A program made the position numbers and the translations under genes. The notes below the pieces were generated by a model. It searched no databases. It was given only the letters and a program-made list of their open reading frames with translations, and had not been told where the DNA came from. A DNA stretch of 64,000 nucleotides from an uncultured virus (IMG/VR IMGVR_UViG_3300022200_000021) (Duplodnaviria > Heunggongvirae > Uroviricota > Caudoviricetes). This document shows positions 1-9,828 of the stretch, in pieces. The number at the start of each line of letters is the position of its first letter. Position 1 is the first letter of the stretch. Location of the stretch: the IMG/VR virus record IMGVR_UViG_3300022200_000021. The stretch is one strand, 5' to 3'.

Positions 1-117
1 GATGTAATGATGTTTCCACAACAACAAGAGTTAGAGTTAAAGAAAAAAGAACTAGGAAAAAATTCAATTGCAGTAACTCAACTATTAGACGAGCCTGACG
101 AGGATGAAATTGCTTAA
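1..117 (+). CDS. 3' end of a hypothetical protein (partial)
   Basis: Open frame from position 1 (DVMMFPQQQELELKKKELGK...DEDEIA) to a TAA overlapping the next ATG. Confidence 0.6.
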   Translation, partial: DVMMFPQQQELELKKKELGKNSIAVTQLLDEPDEDEIA

Positions 118-971
118 TGGGATGGTTTCGTAAAATAAGAGCAGGTTTAGTAAAACAACCTCGCGAGAGTTTTACAGGAGAAGATGGTAATATCTTCTTT
201 GATATTGATACTGGATCATTTTTTTTAAGCGACGGTGTTACTCCTGGAGGGATTCCATTAGGAGCAGGTGGCAGTGGAGTAACTACAACCGATCAGCTAG
301 TTGAAGGGGTTACTAATTTATTTTACACAGATGATCGAGTTATTAATGTATTTAATCAGGAAGTTGTAAATGCTGGCTATATTACATTATCTTCATTAAG
401 TGCATCCGGTGACTTAAATTATGATAATACTACTGGTACATTCAGTGTTAATACATACAGCTCTACTGATTTTGATGTTGATTTTTCCATTAAAACAGCA
501 GACGACTTAGCAGAAGGTATATTAAACCAATATTATTCAGATGCAAAAGTTGATGACAGATTAGCTGTATTAAGTATTGATAGTTTAGGAGATGTATCGT
601 TAACATCGGAAACAGATAACGATGTGTTAATGTATAACAGCAGCACTAACTCGTTTGTAAATACAAGTATTAACTTGTACGGTGGTGTAGCGAATCAAGT
701 ATTAGTTAAAAAATCTGATACTGATTATGATTATGTATGGGAAGATATGATTTTACAGCAACCTATTTATACAAAATTAATAGACGATGCTTCTACTGTA
801 AATGTAACTTATTTAGGTGAAGCTGTTCCTGAAAGTTTAGAAAGTGATTTTGTATGGAGAATACAAAAAATTGTATTTGATGTTTATGGAAATGTAGACG
901 AAGTAAGATTTGCCGCAGGCGGATCTTTTACTCAAAGTTGGAATGATAGATTAGGATTAACATACTTATGA
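117..971 (+). CDS. Putative virion/tail fibre-associated protein
   Basis: N-terminal GEDGNIFFDIDTGSFFLSDGVTPGG motif and repeated TxDxLxEGxxNxYY units typical of phage fibre proteins. Confidence 0.55.
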   Translation: MGWFRKIRAGLVKQPRESFTGEDGNIFFDIDTGSFFLSDGVTPGGIPLGAGGSGVTTTDQLVEGVTNLFYTDDRVINVFNQEVVNAGYITLSSLSASGDLNYDNTTGTFSVNTYSSTDFDVDFSIKTADDLAEGILNQYYSDAKVDDRLAVLSIDSLGDVSLTSETDNDVLMYNSSTNSFVNTSINLYGGVANQVLVKKSDTDYDYVWEDMILQQPIYTKLIDDASTVNVTYLGEAVPESLESDFVWRIQKIVFDVYGNVDEVRFAAGGSFTQSWNDRLGLTYL

Positions 972-1390
972 AAATAGCATTTTATATAGCCAAACATGGC
1001 AAATTTGAAGATAAGATTATTTCATTTTTAACTAAATCACCGTACTCTCATGTTGAAATGGTATTTAGTGATGGAATTTGTGCAAGCAGCAGTCAACGTG
1101 AAGATGGTGTTCGATTTAAAAAAATTAATATTTACAATGGCAAGTGGGATGTATACGAAGTTAAGGATATTTTTTGCGAACGATTAGTTCGGCAATGGTT
1201 CGTTGACAATGATGGGGATAAGTACGACTGGACTGGAGCTGTTGGATCTTGGCTAGGGATTGACTTATACAAAGAAGATCGTAAATTTTGCTCACAGTCA
1301 TGTGCAATTGTGCTAGACAGATTTAGAAATCAAACTCCAGCTAGTTTATATAAAGACTTAATGGACAACGGTATTATTTTCAAGGATTAA
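968..1390 (+). CDS. Permuted papain-like (NlpC/P60, YiiX/YebB-type) amidase
   Basis: PYSHVEM (His) precedes KYDW and KFCSQ (Cys), the permuted catalytic order. Confidence 0.7.
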   Translation: MKIAFYIAKHGKFEDKIISFLTKSPYSHVEMVFSDGICASSSQREDGVRFKKINIYNGKWDVYEVKDIFCERLVRQWFVDNDGDKYDWTGAVGSWLGIDLYKEDRKFCSQSCAIVLDRFRNQTPASLYKDLMDNGIIFKD

Positions 1391-1391
1391 T

Positions 1392-1811
1392 ATGTCGGTT
1401 AAAATTGCAGGGTGTTGGGAACGCGGATGGGATACTGCTTGGCAAGAATATAATTGGTGGGTTCATCCTTTAAAAGAATTTGGAATTTCTGAATTTTATA
1501 TGAATCCTATCACTGGAATATCTAAATCAAATGTAATAGAGTTTAATAACATTCTTGAAATAATAAATTCAGTTACCGATCACACGTGCGTATATTTAGA
1601 TGAATCTGCTACAACAAATTTAGTAGACTTTGTTCATCCTACAAATGCGTTATATATTATTGGCAGGACGTCGTATAGTCCGTATGTTGCACATTTTAGA
1701 CCTGGTATTGATCAAGCTGTAAAAATTCCTTCTTTAGCAAATAACGGCGGATTTTGGGGGCATCAAGTGGCAACAATGATTCTATATGATAGATACGTTA
1801 AGGAATTATAA
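1392..1811 (+). CDS. SPOUT-family (SpoU/TrmL-like) methyltransferase
   Basis: LVDFVHPTNALYIIG...AVKIP...QVATMILYDR resembles the SPOUT knot motifs. Confidence 0.6.
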   Translation: MSVKIAGCWERGWDTAWQEYNWWVHPLKEFGISEFYMNPITGISKSNVIEFNNILEIINSVTDHTCVYLDESATTNLVDFVHPTNALYIIGRTSYSPYVAHFRPGIDQAVKIPSLANNGGFWGHQVATMILYDRYVKEL

Positions 1812-3502
1812 TGGCTGTTATTATTACAGATAATCGAACTGTTGTTGATCAAGCAGACTCTACTACCGGTTGGGGTGGGAGCAACTCACCTCAAGTATAT
1901 ACTACACAACCTAGCCCAGTTGAATCGACTGGTTGTTTAGGAATGGACGTATCTACTACAACAGACGAACTTTACTTTACACTAGGTACTTCTGCTAATT
2001 TAACAGATACGTTAGTATATGTTTGGGTATTACCAAACGGTGCATTAGACACAACTGTTGCAGGAGGTGTACAAATTGTTCTCGGTGACAGTACAAATAG
2101 GAACGGGTATCACACAGGGGGATCAGATTTTGCTAGTTTTAGACATAATAGCGGTCCTGTAGCTTGGCAGTGTTTAGTTATCGACACTGGTAATTTACCT
2201 ACTAACAGCACAAGTTTTGCCGGCACACCTGCTAGTATCACTCTTTCAGCGATAACACAAATTGGTTCTGCATTTACTACTGTATCAAAAGCAATTGGTG
2301 GTTTAGAAAATTGTTTTACAGATATTATGTTTTACGGTAATAACGGTTTAACTATTACTGGAGGAGGCACTGGTACTGAAGGTAAGTTTTCAGAAATTGC
2401 TGCGTTAGATCGTACTACTTCAGGGCATCCAGGAACAGGTGTTGCAAGTTCAACTGGTGGAGCATATGGAATTTGTCGAGAACTAGGTACAAAATTGTTT
2501 GGCTTACAAGGGCCGTTATTTTTCGGCGACGCTGCTGGAACAGGATCTTTAGACTTTGAAGATACTGATGTTAGTGTTGTATTTGAGAATTACGGGATCG
2601 GCACTAACAAATATGGGATTACAATTCAAGGAAATGCAACTGGGACTACGAGTTTTGTATTAGGTACTCGCACAGGAGCAGGTACTGGTTCGAATGGATG
2701 TAGTGTTGTAGTACCTGTCGGAGTAGGTGGATATTTAACTGCTTCAAATGCCAATATAGACACGTTCGGATTATATGCGTGTACATTAAATAATTTCGAT
2801 CAAGGTGTAACTTTTTCTAGTTCGTCAAGTTCGCATGAGGTTTTTGCTACATCGTTTGTCGGCTGTTCTCAAATTGGTATTGGAACTATTGTGTTTAAAA
2901 ATAACATTATTTCCAATTCAACTGCAACCGGTAATACGGAAGCTGCTGTTTTAATGAATAGCACTTCTTCTGTTAGTGATTTAACTTTTATCAGTGGAGG
3001 TACAGGACATGCAATTGAAATATCAAGTGCTACTGCTAACCAGGAGTTTAGTTTAATTAACTTTGAATTTCAAGGGTATGCTGGAGCAAATGGCGGTACC
3101 GGTAACGAAGCAATTTTAAATACTTCAGGGCAACCGATAATTATAAATGTAACAAATGCTTCTGGTTTTGTATCTGTTGATACAACTAATAGTACTGGAA
3201 CTGTAACTATTGTCAACAATGTTAATGTTACTATAGAAATCTTAGATGCTAGTACAACTCCAATTCAAAGTGCTGTAGTAGCTGTATATGCTACTTCTGA
3301 TTCTTCAGAAATATTTAACAATACAACTGATAGTAGTGGTCAAGTTTCATTTACTACGTCAGGAGGTACTGACTTGTTCATCCGTGTTCGTAAAAGCACT
3401 TCTGGAAGTACTCGGTATGTTCCATTGGAAACTATTGCATCATCGGGATCGGGTTTATTTTTAACCCTTACATTACAGGAAGATTTAATAGCGAGTGTTT
3501 AA
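1811..3502 (+). CDS. Gly/Ser/Thr-rich virion protein with beta-rich repeats and a C-terminal Ig-like domain
   Basis: Composition and structural gene context; C-terminal PIQSAVVAVY...TTDSSGQVSF pattern. Confidence 0.5.
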   Translation: MAVIITDNRTVVDQADSTTGWGGSNSPQVYTTQPSPVESTGCLGMDVSTTTDELYFTLGTSANLTDTLVYVWVLPNGALDTTVAGGVQIVLGDSTNRNGYHTGGSDFASFRHNSGPVAWQCLVIDTGNLPTNSTSFAGTPASITLSAITQIGSAFTTVSKAIGGLENCFTDIMFYGNNGLTITGGGTGTEGKFSEIAALDRTTSGHPGTGVASSTGGAYGICRELGTKLFGLQGPLFFGDAAGTGSLDFEDTDVSVVFENYGIGTNKYGITIQGNATGTTSFVLGTRTGAGTGSNGCSVVVPVGVGGYLTASNANIDTFGLYACTLNNFDQGVTFSSSSSSHEVFATSFVGCSQIGIGTIVFKNNIISNSTATGNTEAAVLMNSTSSVSDLTFISGGTGHAIEISSATANQEFSLINFEFQGYAGANGGTGNEAILNTSGQPIIINVTNASGFVSVDTTNSTGTVTIVNNVNVTIEILDASTTPIQSAVVAVYATSDSSEIFNNTTDSSGQVSFTTSGGTDLFIRVRKSTSGSTRYVPLETIASSGSGLFLTLTLQEDLIASV

Positions 3503-3505
3503 TTT

Positions 3506-4873
3506 ATGAGTGTTTCAATTTTAGGCGGCGACTTAACTGTTTATTTTACATCTGATACCGGTGGCTCAAAACAAATTGTTTGGACAGGTAGTAGTTCAGC
3601 TTCTGCAACTAGATCAGTTAATGAAGTGTACTCTGCAATGTTAGACTTATTTGATAATTCTACTGTTGGAGTAGGTGATTATATGGATGAAGGGTTTCCA
3701 TTTAAAGCAATTACTCCTACTTTATATTATTACGGTCGAATTGAAACAAATGACCCATATGCATGGTTTATTGATCCAATTACAATTGAGCATTTAACTG
3801 AAGGTACTATTGAAACCGTAGGATGGGGTCGTGTAGTTGACTCTAACACAGGAATAGTTGTAATCTCAGGATCTACTTTTATGAGTATAGATTCATCAGA
3901 TGTCGGAGATACTATCTCATATAATAACGGTGGTGATACAGGTACGTTACTTTACGTTGATCCTACTTCATACGAACTTTGGATTAGACCGGCAGATTCA
4001 TCTTCTGCTAATAATTTTTTCCGAACGCTCGACACCTTAACTATGACAACTTCCGGACACACTGCTAACATAAGTGAGCCGACTCCGGCTACAGGTAATT
4101 TTGTTTGGAAAAATATTTACTCTATTGGTACTATTCAAGGAAGTGAGCAAGTGTATTTGTCACAAAGTTTTGAAATACTGCCATCATATTGGCCTGTTGG
4201 GCATATGAATCGATTAATTGCAACTACTGAGTTTGGTAATATTATCAATAGCGGCTATGTATCTGCATTCATACGGAGTCAAAATCAATTATATGATTAC
4301 TTTTTGCTAGATACAAATGCTGGAAGTGCTATAGTTGCTCCTTTATCATCTGATAATGATTTAAATAACCAAACAACCGGAGCTATTAGTAGTAACGGCA
4401 TTACTATTAATTTTTCAGGTACATATACTGCTGATATTAATAACGACACTACTAACGAATCATATTCAATATTAATCGATTGTGCATCTAATAGTTTATC
4501 GTATGTATATGAATATTTAAAATATGTTACTGCATATGAAAGTGCAAATACATATGCTGGTGTTGATAGCTCTATTTACACTGGCATAACATCTAAACTA
4601 AGTTACACATCATTAAGCGGTGTTAAACCATTGTCTGGAAGTATTGCTACTGGTGTAACATCAGGTGCTAAAGGAATTGTTGTTTGTGTAAATACAACTG
4701 ATTTATATGCAACGATTCACAGCACACAAGGAACATTTATAAACGACACAAACGGTGAGATATATGGTTTTAGAGGAACTCGTATATTCTTTAGTTTAAT
4801 TTGGAAACCGTTTGTTACTACTGCAGACCACACCGTAAAAGTTAAATTTCACTGGAAAGAAGTAGTTCAGTAA
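3506..4873 (+). CDS. Putative virion structural protein
   Basis: Ser/Thr-rich, beta-strand character; tightly coupled to neighbours. Confidence 0.45.
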   Translation: MSVSILGGDLTVYFTSDTGGSKQIVWTGSSSASATRSVNEVYSAMLDLFDNSTVGVGDYMDEGFPFKAITPTLYYYGRIETNDPYAWFIDPITIEHLTEGTIETVGWGRVVDSNTGIVVISGSTFMSIDSSDVGDTISYNNGGDTGTLLYVDPTSYELWIRPADSSSANNFFRTLDTLTMTTSGHTANISEPTPATGNFVWKNIYSIGTIQGSEQVYLSQSFEILPSYWPVGHMNRLIATTEFGNIINSGYVSAFIRSQNQLYDYFLLDTNAGSAIVAPLSSDNDLNNQTTGAISSNGITINFSGTYTADINNDTTNESYSILIDCASNSLSYVYEYLKYVTAYESANTYAGVDSSIYTGITSKLSYTSLSGVKPLSGSIATGVTSGAKGIVVCVNTTDLYATIHSTQGTFINDTNGEIYGFRGTRIFFSLIWKPFVTTADHTVKVKFHWKEVVQ

Positions 4874-4874
4874 T

Positions 4875-5585
4875 ATGTTAAACACTATATTTTGGGGATA
4901 CTGGCACGGCTGGGACGATAATCCTGAATTAGGTTTTTTCGGTACTAGAAAGTGTGCATTTGACGGTGTTAATCGTCTAATTATCGTTAGTGACTCGACT
5001 ACTCAGTTAGACATTAAACAGGATGTATACTCTGATTGGAAAGAATGGGTTCTTACATTAGACAACACTAAATTTCCTGCTGCTATTCGTACTACAGGTG
5101 GTGACCCAATTTCTGGTACTTCTCAATTTACAGGTGATATTTATTTTTTAATTAATGGTTGGAGATTAATGTACGATCCTCGCCAAACGGCTGTTACAGG
5201 GGTGTTATATTCCGACGACTATGATACTGCGTACTATTTAAAACCTACATTAGAACCATTATATCCAGCAAGGGTTTCATCCATTGTAAATACGTTTCAA
5301 TTAAACAGCTCTACATCTGCTGCAGTATCTGCTCAACAAGTATGGGAATATGCTAATCGAACATTAACAGCTACAACTTCTCCGAGTGCTACTGAAATTA
5401 GACAAGAAATTGATGCTAATTCTACCAAACTTCAATCGATTAATAATGATTTACAAATTATGTTAAATACTATGTCACCAGAAGACTTGTGGAACTTCTT
5501 ATTATCTAATCCACTTGCACAAGGTTCTGCTGGTGAAAAACTAAAACAGGTATTAACGACTAGTAATTACCTTGCATTTAAATAA
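4875..5585 (+). CDS. Putative virion protein
   Basis: 236 aa ORF in the structural cluster; AQQVWEYANRTLT repeat type seen in phage structural proteins. Confidence 0.45.
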   Translation: MLNTIFWGYWHGWDDNPELGFFGTRKCAFDGVNRLIIVSDSTTQLDIKQDVYSDWKEWVLTLDNTKFPAAIRTTGGDPISGTSQFTGDIYFLINGWRLMYDPRQTAVTGVLYSDDYDTAYYLKPTLEPLYPARVSSIVNTFQLNSSTSAAVSAQQVWEYANRTLTATTSPSATEIRQEIDANSTKLQSINNDLQIMLNTMSPEDLWNFLLSNPLAQGSAGEKLKQVLTTSNYLAFK

Positions 5586-5607
5586 CTCTATATAGGATAT
5601 TGTCATC

Positions 5608-5862
5608 GTGAAAAAACATACTAGAAGTATTTTAGAAGAATTAAATAATCTTCGACCTACTCATGATAATGATTATTCAATTGATACTACTGCTAATAAC
5701 ATTATTAAATCATCTATTAATTTATTAGCAAGGATTCATAAAATATACGATGACGAAACTGCCTTAGACTTAGAACGTAGATTTATTAATTCTATTAGAA
5801 CAGGTGATCCTCAAAAATTTAAACGAGGAATACAAAAAGTTATCAATAATAAAGGATTGTAG
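5608..5862 (+). CDS. Hypothetical protein
   Basis: AGGA RBS with GTG start, 84 aa. Confidence 0.6.
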   Translation: MKKHTRSILEELNNLRPTHDNDYSIDTTANNIIKSSINLLARIHKIYDDETALDLERRFINSIRTGDPQKFKRGIQKVINNKGL

Positions 5863-5864
5863 CA

Positions 5865-6512
5865 ATGGATATGTTTAAATTGTATGAGGATTTTGTAGAT
5901 TCATCGTGGATTGACCAAATCGTCTTACAAAATAATAATGTAGATGTAACTCTTGTTTTGCTCAACGGTCGACGGTATTTGATTAAAAATGTAGGTCCTG
6001 AGTTATTTGATCAGTGGGTTAATGCTGAGAGTAAAGGAAAATTCTTTCATTACAACATAAAACATAATCATGCTATTTCACGATTAATAGGGCCTTCATC
6101 TACTCCCATTATACCTACTACTACAAAAAGAAACGCATCAGTTCGACAAACTATGAAGTCATTACCACCTAAATCTGGTGGAGAGAAAATACCACATAGT
6201 AAAATTGTATACATCAATAAACTGTTAAAACATGCTGATACACTTTTTGGGAAAGAAAAAAACAAACAATTATCAGATATCGGTGATTTAATAATACGAC
6301 TAGCTAAAAAAGGTTTGGATGTATCTACTGTTAAAAGTAAATGGCTTTCCTCTGCAAGAGAAAAAGATAAGTTTATTTCTGACTCTACATATCGATCAAT
6401 TTCAAATATGTTAACAGAATATCATATATCATGGAATAATTTAGGAGTTAGATTTTCACTTGTTGAATCTAAAGGAAAAAAACTTTATCATATTACAAAA
6501 TCATATATCTAG
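5865..6512 (+). CDS. KTSC-domain protein with a basic C-terminal domain
   Basis: SSWIDQI...GRRYLIKNVGPELFDQWVNAESKGKFFHYNIK matches the KTSC pattern. Confidence 0.65.
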   Translation: MDMFKLYEDFVDSSWIDQIVLQNNNVDVTLVLLNGRRYLIKNVGPELFDQWVNAESKGKFFHYNIKHNHAISRLIGPSSTPIIPTTTKRNASVRQTMKSLPPKSGGEKIPHSKIVYINKLLKHADTLFGKEKNKQLSDIGDLIIRLAKKGLDVSTVKSKWLSSAREKDKFISDSTYRSISNMLTEYHISWNNLGVRFSLVESKGKKLYHITKSYI

Positions 6513-6532
6513 GTTAAATTAACATAAAAAGA

Positions 6533-6538
6533 TAAATA
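6533..6538 (+). promoter_or_regulatory. T4-like late promoter motif TAAATA (representative copy)
   Basis: TAAATA recurs just upstream of structural or cargo genes at 6533, 7457, 8611, 9796, 30577, 44351, 45997, 48045, 53132, 53623, 62088, and on the minus strand at 31864-31869 and 40754-40759. Confidence 0.55.
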
Positions 6539-6599
6539 CTTACATACAAGTTCGCAGAGAAAGCGAATTTGCCATTATTAAAGAATAGGAGAATTAGCA

Positions 6600-6923
6600 A
6601 TGGCAACTTTTGAAAGAGTAAACGGCATTGGTCACGAATTAAACACTTTATACAGTACTTTACAATTAAAAGTATTTAAAGTTACTGTATCAGCTGCATT
6701 AACTACCGGTATCGGTGGTACTGCTGAAGCATTAGCTCGTGAGTTCGGCACTACAGGTGCTTTATTTGAATTTACCACAAATGGTAAAGATATGATTATT
6801 ATTGGTGACGGTCATGCACTGGATGCTGATATTGTTAAAATTCGTGCAGATCAAGTATTAGGTGTAGATAATACAGTTGTAGTTGAAGCAACTTCACTGG
6901 TAGGTATTACTGCTACTGCATAA
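6600..6923 (+). CDS. Small, probably abundant virion protein
   Basis: Late motif, 5' hairpin TTCGC-AGAGAAA-GCGAA, AGGAG RBS and its own terminator. Confidence 0.55.
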   Translation: MATFERVNGIGHELNTLYSTLQLKVFKVTVSAALTTGIGGTAEALAREFGTTGALFEFTTNGKDMIIIGDGHALDADIVKIRADQVLGVDNTVVVEATSLVGITATA

Positions 6924-6960
6924 AGATTCCTACTACCTTAGGAACGGTGTGTTACACCAC

Positions 6961-6994
6961 AAAAAGGCTTACATTTTTGTAAGCCTTTTTTTTT
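6961..6994 (+). terminator. Intrinsic terminator
   Basis: AAAAAGGCTTACA-TTTT-TGTAAGCCTTTTT followed by a T-run. Confidence 0.85.
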
Positions 6995-7049
6995 GATGCT
7001 GTTACTAAATATTTTATATAATACATTACATAACACAAATGAGATTAAA

Positions 7050-7439
7050 ATGAAATTCCAACTATATACTTTAATAGATATTACCGAAACACACGGTCGT
7101 AGAGGAGATGCTGACTACATTGTAAATCAGCAACAAAACTTTTTAACTGTATTACAAACTATTGGATTACGTGTTAACCCAATTTATTCAGTTAGTCCTA
7201 TTAAGTTTACAGATAAACCAATAAACTACAAATTAGGATCAGCATATAAAGATCAGCATCAAATATGGTCATTTATTTTTGAAATCGAACATGAAAATGC
7301 ATTAAGTGTAGAAATGCTTCGATCTGATTTTAATTTAATACCCATCATATTAGGATTAGACGAAACTGCTCCGATTAAAATTCCATCATTCAATACCTTA
7401 GATAAAAAGATGGCAAATATTCACTTTGATAATTATTAA
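7050..7439 (+). CDS. Hypothetical protein (start likely 7050, MKFQLYTLIDIT)
   Basis: The track start at 6993 lies inside the terminator; there is an in-frame ATG at 7050. Confidence 0.6.
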   Translation: MKFQLYTLIDITETHGRRGDADYIVNQQQNFLTVLQTIGLRVNPIYSVSPIKFTDKPINYKLGSAYKDQHQIWSFIFEIEHENALSVEMLRSDFNLIPIILGLDETAPIKIPSFNTLDKKMANIHFDNY

Positions 7440-7493
7440 AACCTTAATAATTCTGATAAATACATTTAAATTTAATTTAAGGGAATAATAACT

Positions 7494-7730
7494 ATGTCAA
7501 ATCCAACAGATCTTGAAAAAACAAATCTTGAAGCACATGTTGATTTATGCCATCAAAGATATAAAATTTTAGACTTTCGCCTTACAAAAATTGAATCGAA
7601 AGTAGAAGAAATTCACAGAGACATGTTAAATAGTAATAAGTCAATGACTAAAGTATTAATAGGTACTACTGGAACAATTATCGCAGGATTGCTTTCAACT
7701 GTTATAGTAATACTAATATCATTCAGCTAA
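7494..7730 (+). CDS. Coiled-coil protein with C-terminal TM helix
   Basis: LEAHVDLCHQRY coiled coil followed by a hydrophobic C-terminus. Confidence 0.55.
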   Translation: MSNPTDLEKTNLEAHVDLCHQRYKILDFRLTKIESKVEEIHRDMLNSNKSMTKVLIGTTGTIIAGLLSTVIVILISFS

Positions 7731-7740
7731 GAGAGCCCAT

Positions 7741-7995
7741 ATGAAAATCAGAGAACTATATCAAAAACAACCATCTCAAAGTTCTATTACCAAACTTATA
7801 CCTGGAAAAACAGCCACTATAAAAGACAAAAAAACAGGTACCGAGACTGAACTAGATTTAAAAAAAGATCCTAATGCGTTAACTAAAGATCCGAATACCG
7901 GTGAAGTTACATTAAATACTAAACCGTTATCTGGAGATGACGATAAAGATCCTAAGAATATAATCAAACCTGGTGATAAGGTTACTACAGCATAA
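7741..7995 (+). CDS. Hypothetical protein with MKIxE N-terminus
   Basis: ORF; begins MKIRELY. Confidence 0.55.
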   Translation: MKIRELYQKQPSQSSITKLIPGKTATIKDKKTGTETELDLKKDPNALTKDPNTGEVTLNTKPLSGDDDKDPKNIIKPGDKVTTA

Positions 7996-8201
7996 TGAAA
8001 TTAAACGAATTAATCCCTAATTTTTTCATTTTTACAACAAATGAAGAATCTAAAATGCTCGAAAATATGGGGGATAAACTTACTGATTTTAGTTCGTTTT
8101 CAGAGCATGACCAAATTATATTAAATAGTTTAGTTAAAAAAGATCTAGTTAAAAAAGTTTTTATAAATTCTAACCAACTGGTAATTAAAAATGTTAAATG
8201 A
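7995..8201 (+). CDS. Hypothetical protein with MKLxE N-terminus
   Basis: TAATG-coupled ORF; begins MKLNELI. Confidence 0.55.
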   Translation: MKLNELIPNFFIFTTNEESKMLENMGDKLTDFSSFSEHDQIILNSLVKKDLVKKVFINSNQLVIKNVK

Positions 8202-8613
8202 CCGTATTGCTGAAAATTTAGACCAATTTCTCACAGAAGAACTCGAATATGTTACAATCCCATCTGTAGTAAATGGGTGTATTAAAATTAGAAACTTTAC
8301 AATAGTGTCTAATGATAACAAATTCTATATCTATAACCGTAGCAATATCTGCGTAGCATGTACTTATTTTAAGTCAACAGCGTTAGCTATTACAAAGCAA
8401 CTCGCATTTAATAAAGAAATATCAAAAACATTGTTAAACTATGATCAAGAACTAATTAAACTGCATAACGAATCGTTGTTTTATGAAAACATTCTTAAAA
8501 ACTCTACAGATTTTGAAACTATTAGTATAATTGAAACTAGATTAGAGTTATCAAATGCTAAAGCTGCTCAAATTAATAAAAAACTAGAAAAGGTAATTTT
8601 CGGTATAGCATAA
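8191..8613 (+). CDS. Hypothetical protein
   Basis: Coupled ORF, 140 aa. Confidence 0.55.
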   Translation: MLNDRIAENLDQFLTEELEYVTIPSVVNGCIKIRNFTIVSNDNKFYIYNRSNICVACTYFKSTALAITKQLAFNKEISKTLLNYDQELIKLHNESLFYENILKNSTDFETISIIETRLELSNAKAAQINKKLEKVIFGIA

Positions 8614-8646
8614 ATATATGTATATCAGTATTTACAGGAAATAAAA

Positions 8647-9387
8647 ATGAACATTAGAGATTTTTCAAAACCGTTAACTGCGGAATTATTAAACAATTCT
8701 CTTGCTAAACAGTTTGGACAGAAAATTAACTTGTCAAAGTTTACTACAGAGGAATTACAAGATGTACGAAATAAACTACGGACTAAAATGAGTCAAACAC
8801 AGACTACAGAAAGCTATGATACAACACATTCGTTGTCCCATCAGAAAAATGTATTGTTTTTAAATGTGTTAAATGCAGAATTAAAAGAAAGAACCTATAT
8901 TCAACTCGAACATGCACAAAATCGCATAGTAACAGAAGGCGAAGAACAACGTGCAGAAATTATCATGGCTGCAAAAGATATGGTTGATCGAGTTACTGGA
9001 TGGATGGAAGATTCAGGTGAAATGAGAACTGAGTCGATGCTTGATTTAGCTGATGCTATTAGAGATGAATTAGGTGATCAAGTTGCTGAACAATTTGTAT
9101 CTAGTGTAAGACCTGCTTTAGAACAAATGTATGATACATTAGAACAAACTCGAAAAGTATTAGATCAAAATGTTTCAGTATTAGCAGGTGAAGGTGAAAT
9201 GCCTGTTCCACTAGGTTCCGAAGAAGAACCTAATATGGAAGAGCCAGCAAACATGGAAGCTCCTATGGAACCTATTGAAACTGACGATTTTGCATCAGCT
9301 GAGGCTAGTGCAGGCGGTGCTGAACCTATCGGTCGTGAAAAACGCGAATCAGTCGATTATAATGCTCGTCGGTTAAAAAAAAAGTAA
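8647..9387 (+). CDS. Acidic helical protein, prohead core/scaffold-like
   Basis: Late motif, AGGA RBS, Glu-rich helical sequence with an acidic low-complexity stretch; ends in A-AAA-AAG-TAA. Confidence 0.5.
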   Translation: MNIRDFSKPLTAELLNNSLAKQFGQKINLSKFTTEELQDVRNKLRTKMSQTQTTESYDTTHSLSHQKNVLFLNVLNAELKERTYIQLEHAQNRIVTEGEEQRAEIIMAAKDMVDRVTGWMEDSGEMRTESMLDLADAIRDELGDQVAEQFVSSVRPALEQMYDTLEQTRKVLDQNVSVLAGEGEMPVPLGSEEEPNMEEPANMEAPMEPIETDDFASAEASAGGAEPIGREKRESVDYNARRLKKK

Positions 9388-9698
9388 CTGAAGATATAGA
9401 CACATCTGCTCTTACATTTTTAATAACACACTTGAGAGATAGTAATTATAAAAATATTTCATTTAATAAATTAAATAAGTTATTTAAAAATTTGTCAGAT
9501 GAAACATTAACTCCTGAGCTATTTAAAACAATGTATGACCATGATCCTGAAATACAATCATTAGTATCTAATTTTAATAAAGATGCTATTGTTATAAAAT
9601 CACCCGATGAAACTGATTTAGCTGTTCAAGATCAAGAAAATAGTGGGGAAAATACTGTTTCCCAAATGGCAAAACACGCAACTGATTTATCCAACTAA
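9363..9698 (+). CDS. -1 frame extension of the 8647 ORF (probable frameshift product)
   Basis: Frame is open from 9363 (...KKKVTEDIDTSALTFLITHLRDSN...) with no ATG or RBS near its start. Confidence 0.55.
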   Translation, partial: CSSVKKKVTEDIDTSALTFLITHLRDSNYKNISFNKLNKLFKNLSDETLTPELFKTMYDHDPEIQSLVSNFNKDAIVIKSPDETDLAVQDQENSGENTVSQMAKHATDLSN

Positions 9699-9700
9699 TG

Positions 9701-9727
9701 AAAATGCGAGATTAATCTCGCATTTTT
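9701..9727 (+). terminator. Intrinsic terminator
   Basis: AAAATGCGAG-ATTAAT-CTCGCATTTTT. Confidence 0.75.
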
Positions 9728-9828
9728 ACATATCTGCTACAGTATTAACTATATCAATTATTAAGTTAATGTAGTTTTAAATCACATAATTCTGATAAAT
9801 ATATACTATATACTTTGGGAGAAATACT

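Noticed and set aside
4740..4873. Abrupt compositional change at the C-terminus of ORF 3506, suggesting a chimeric gene
   Set aside because: No repeat or junction signature is visible; it cannot be supported without homolog alignment
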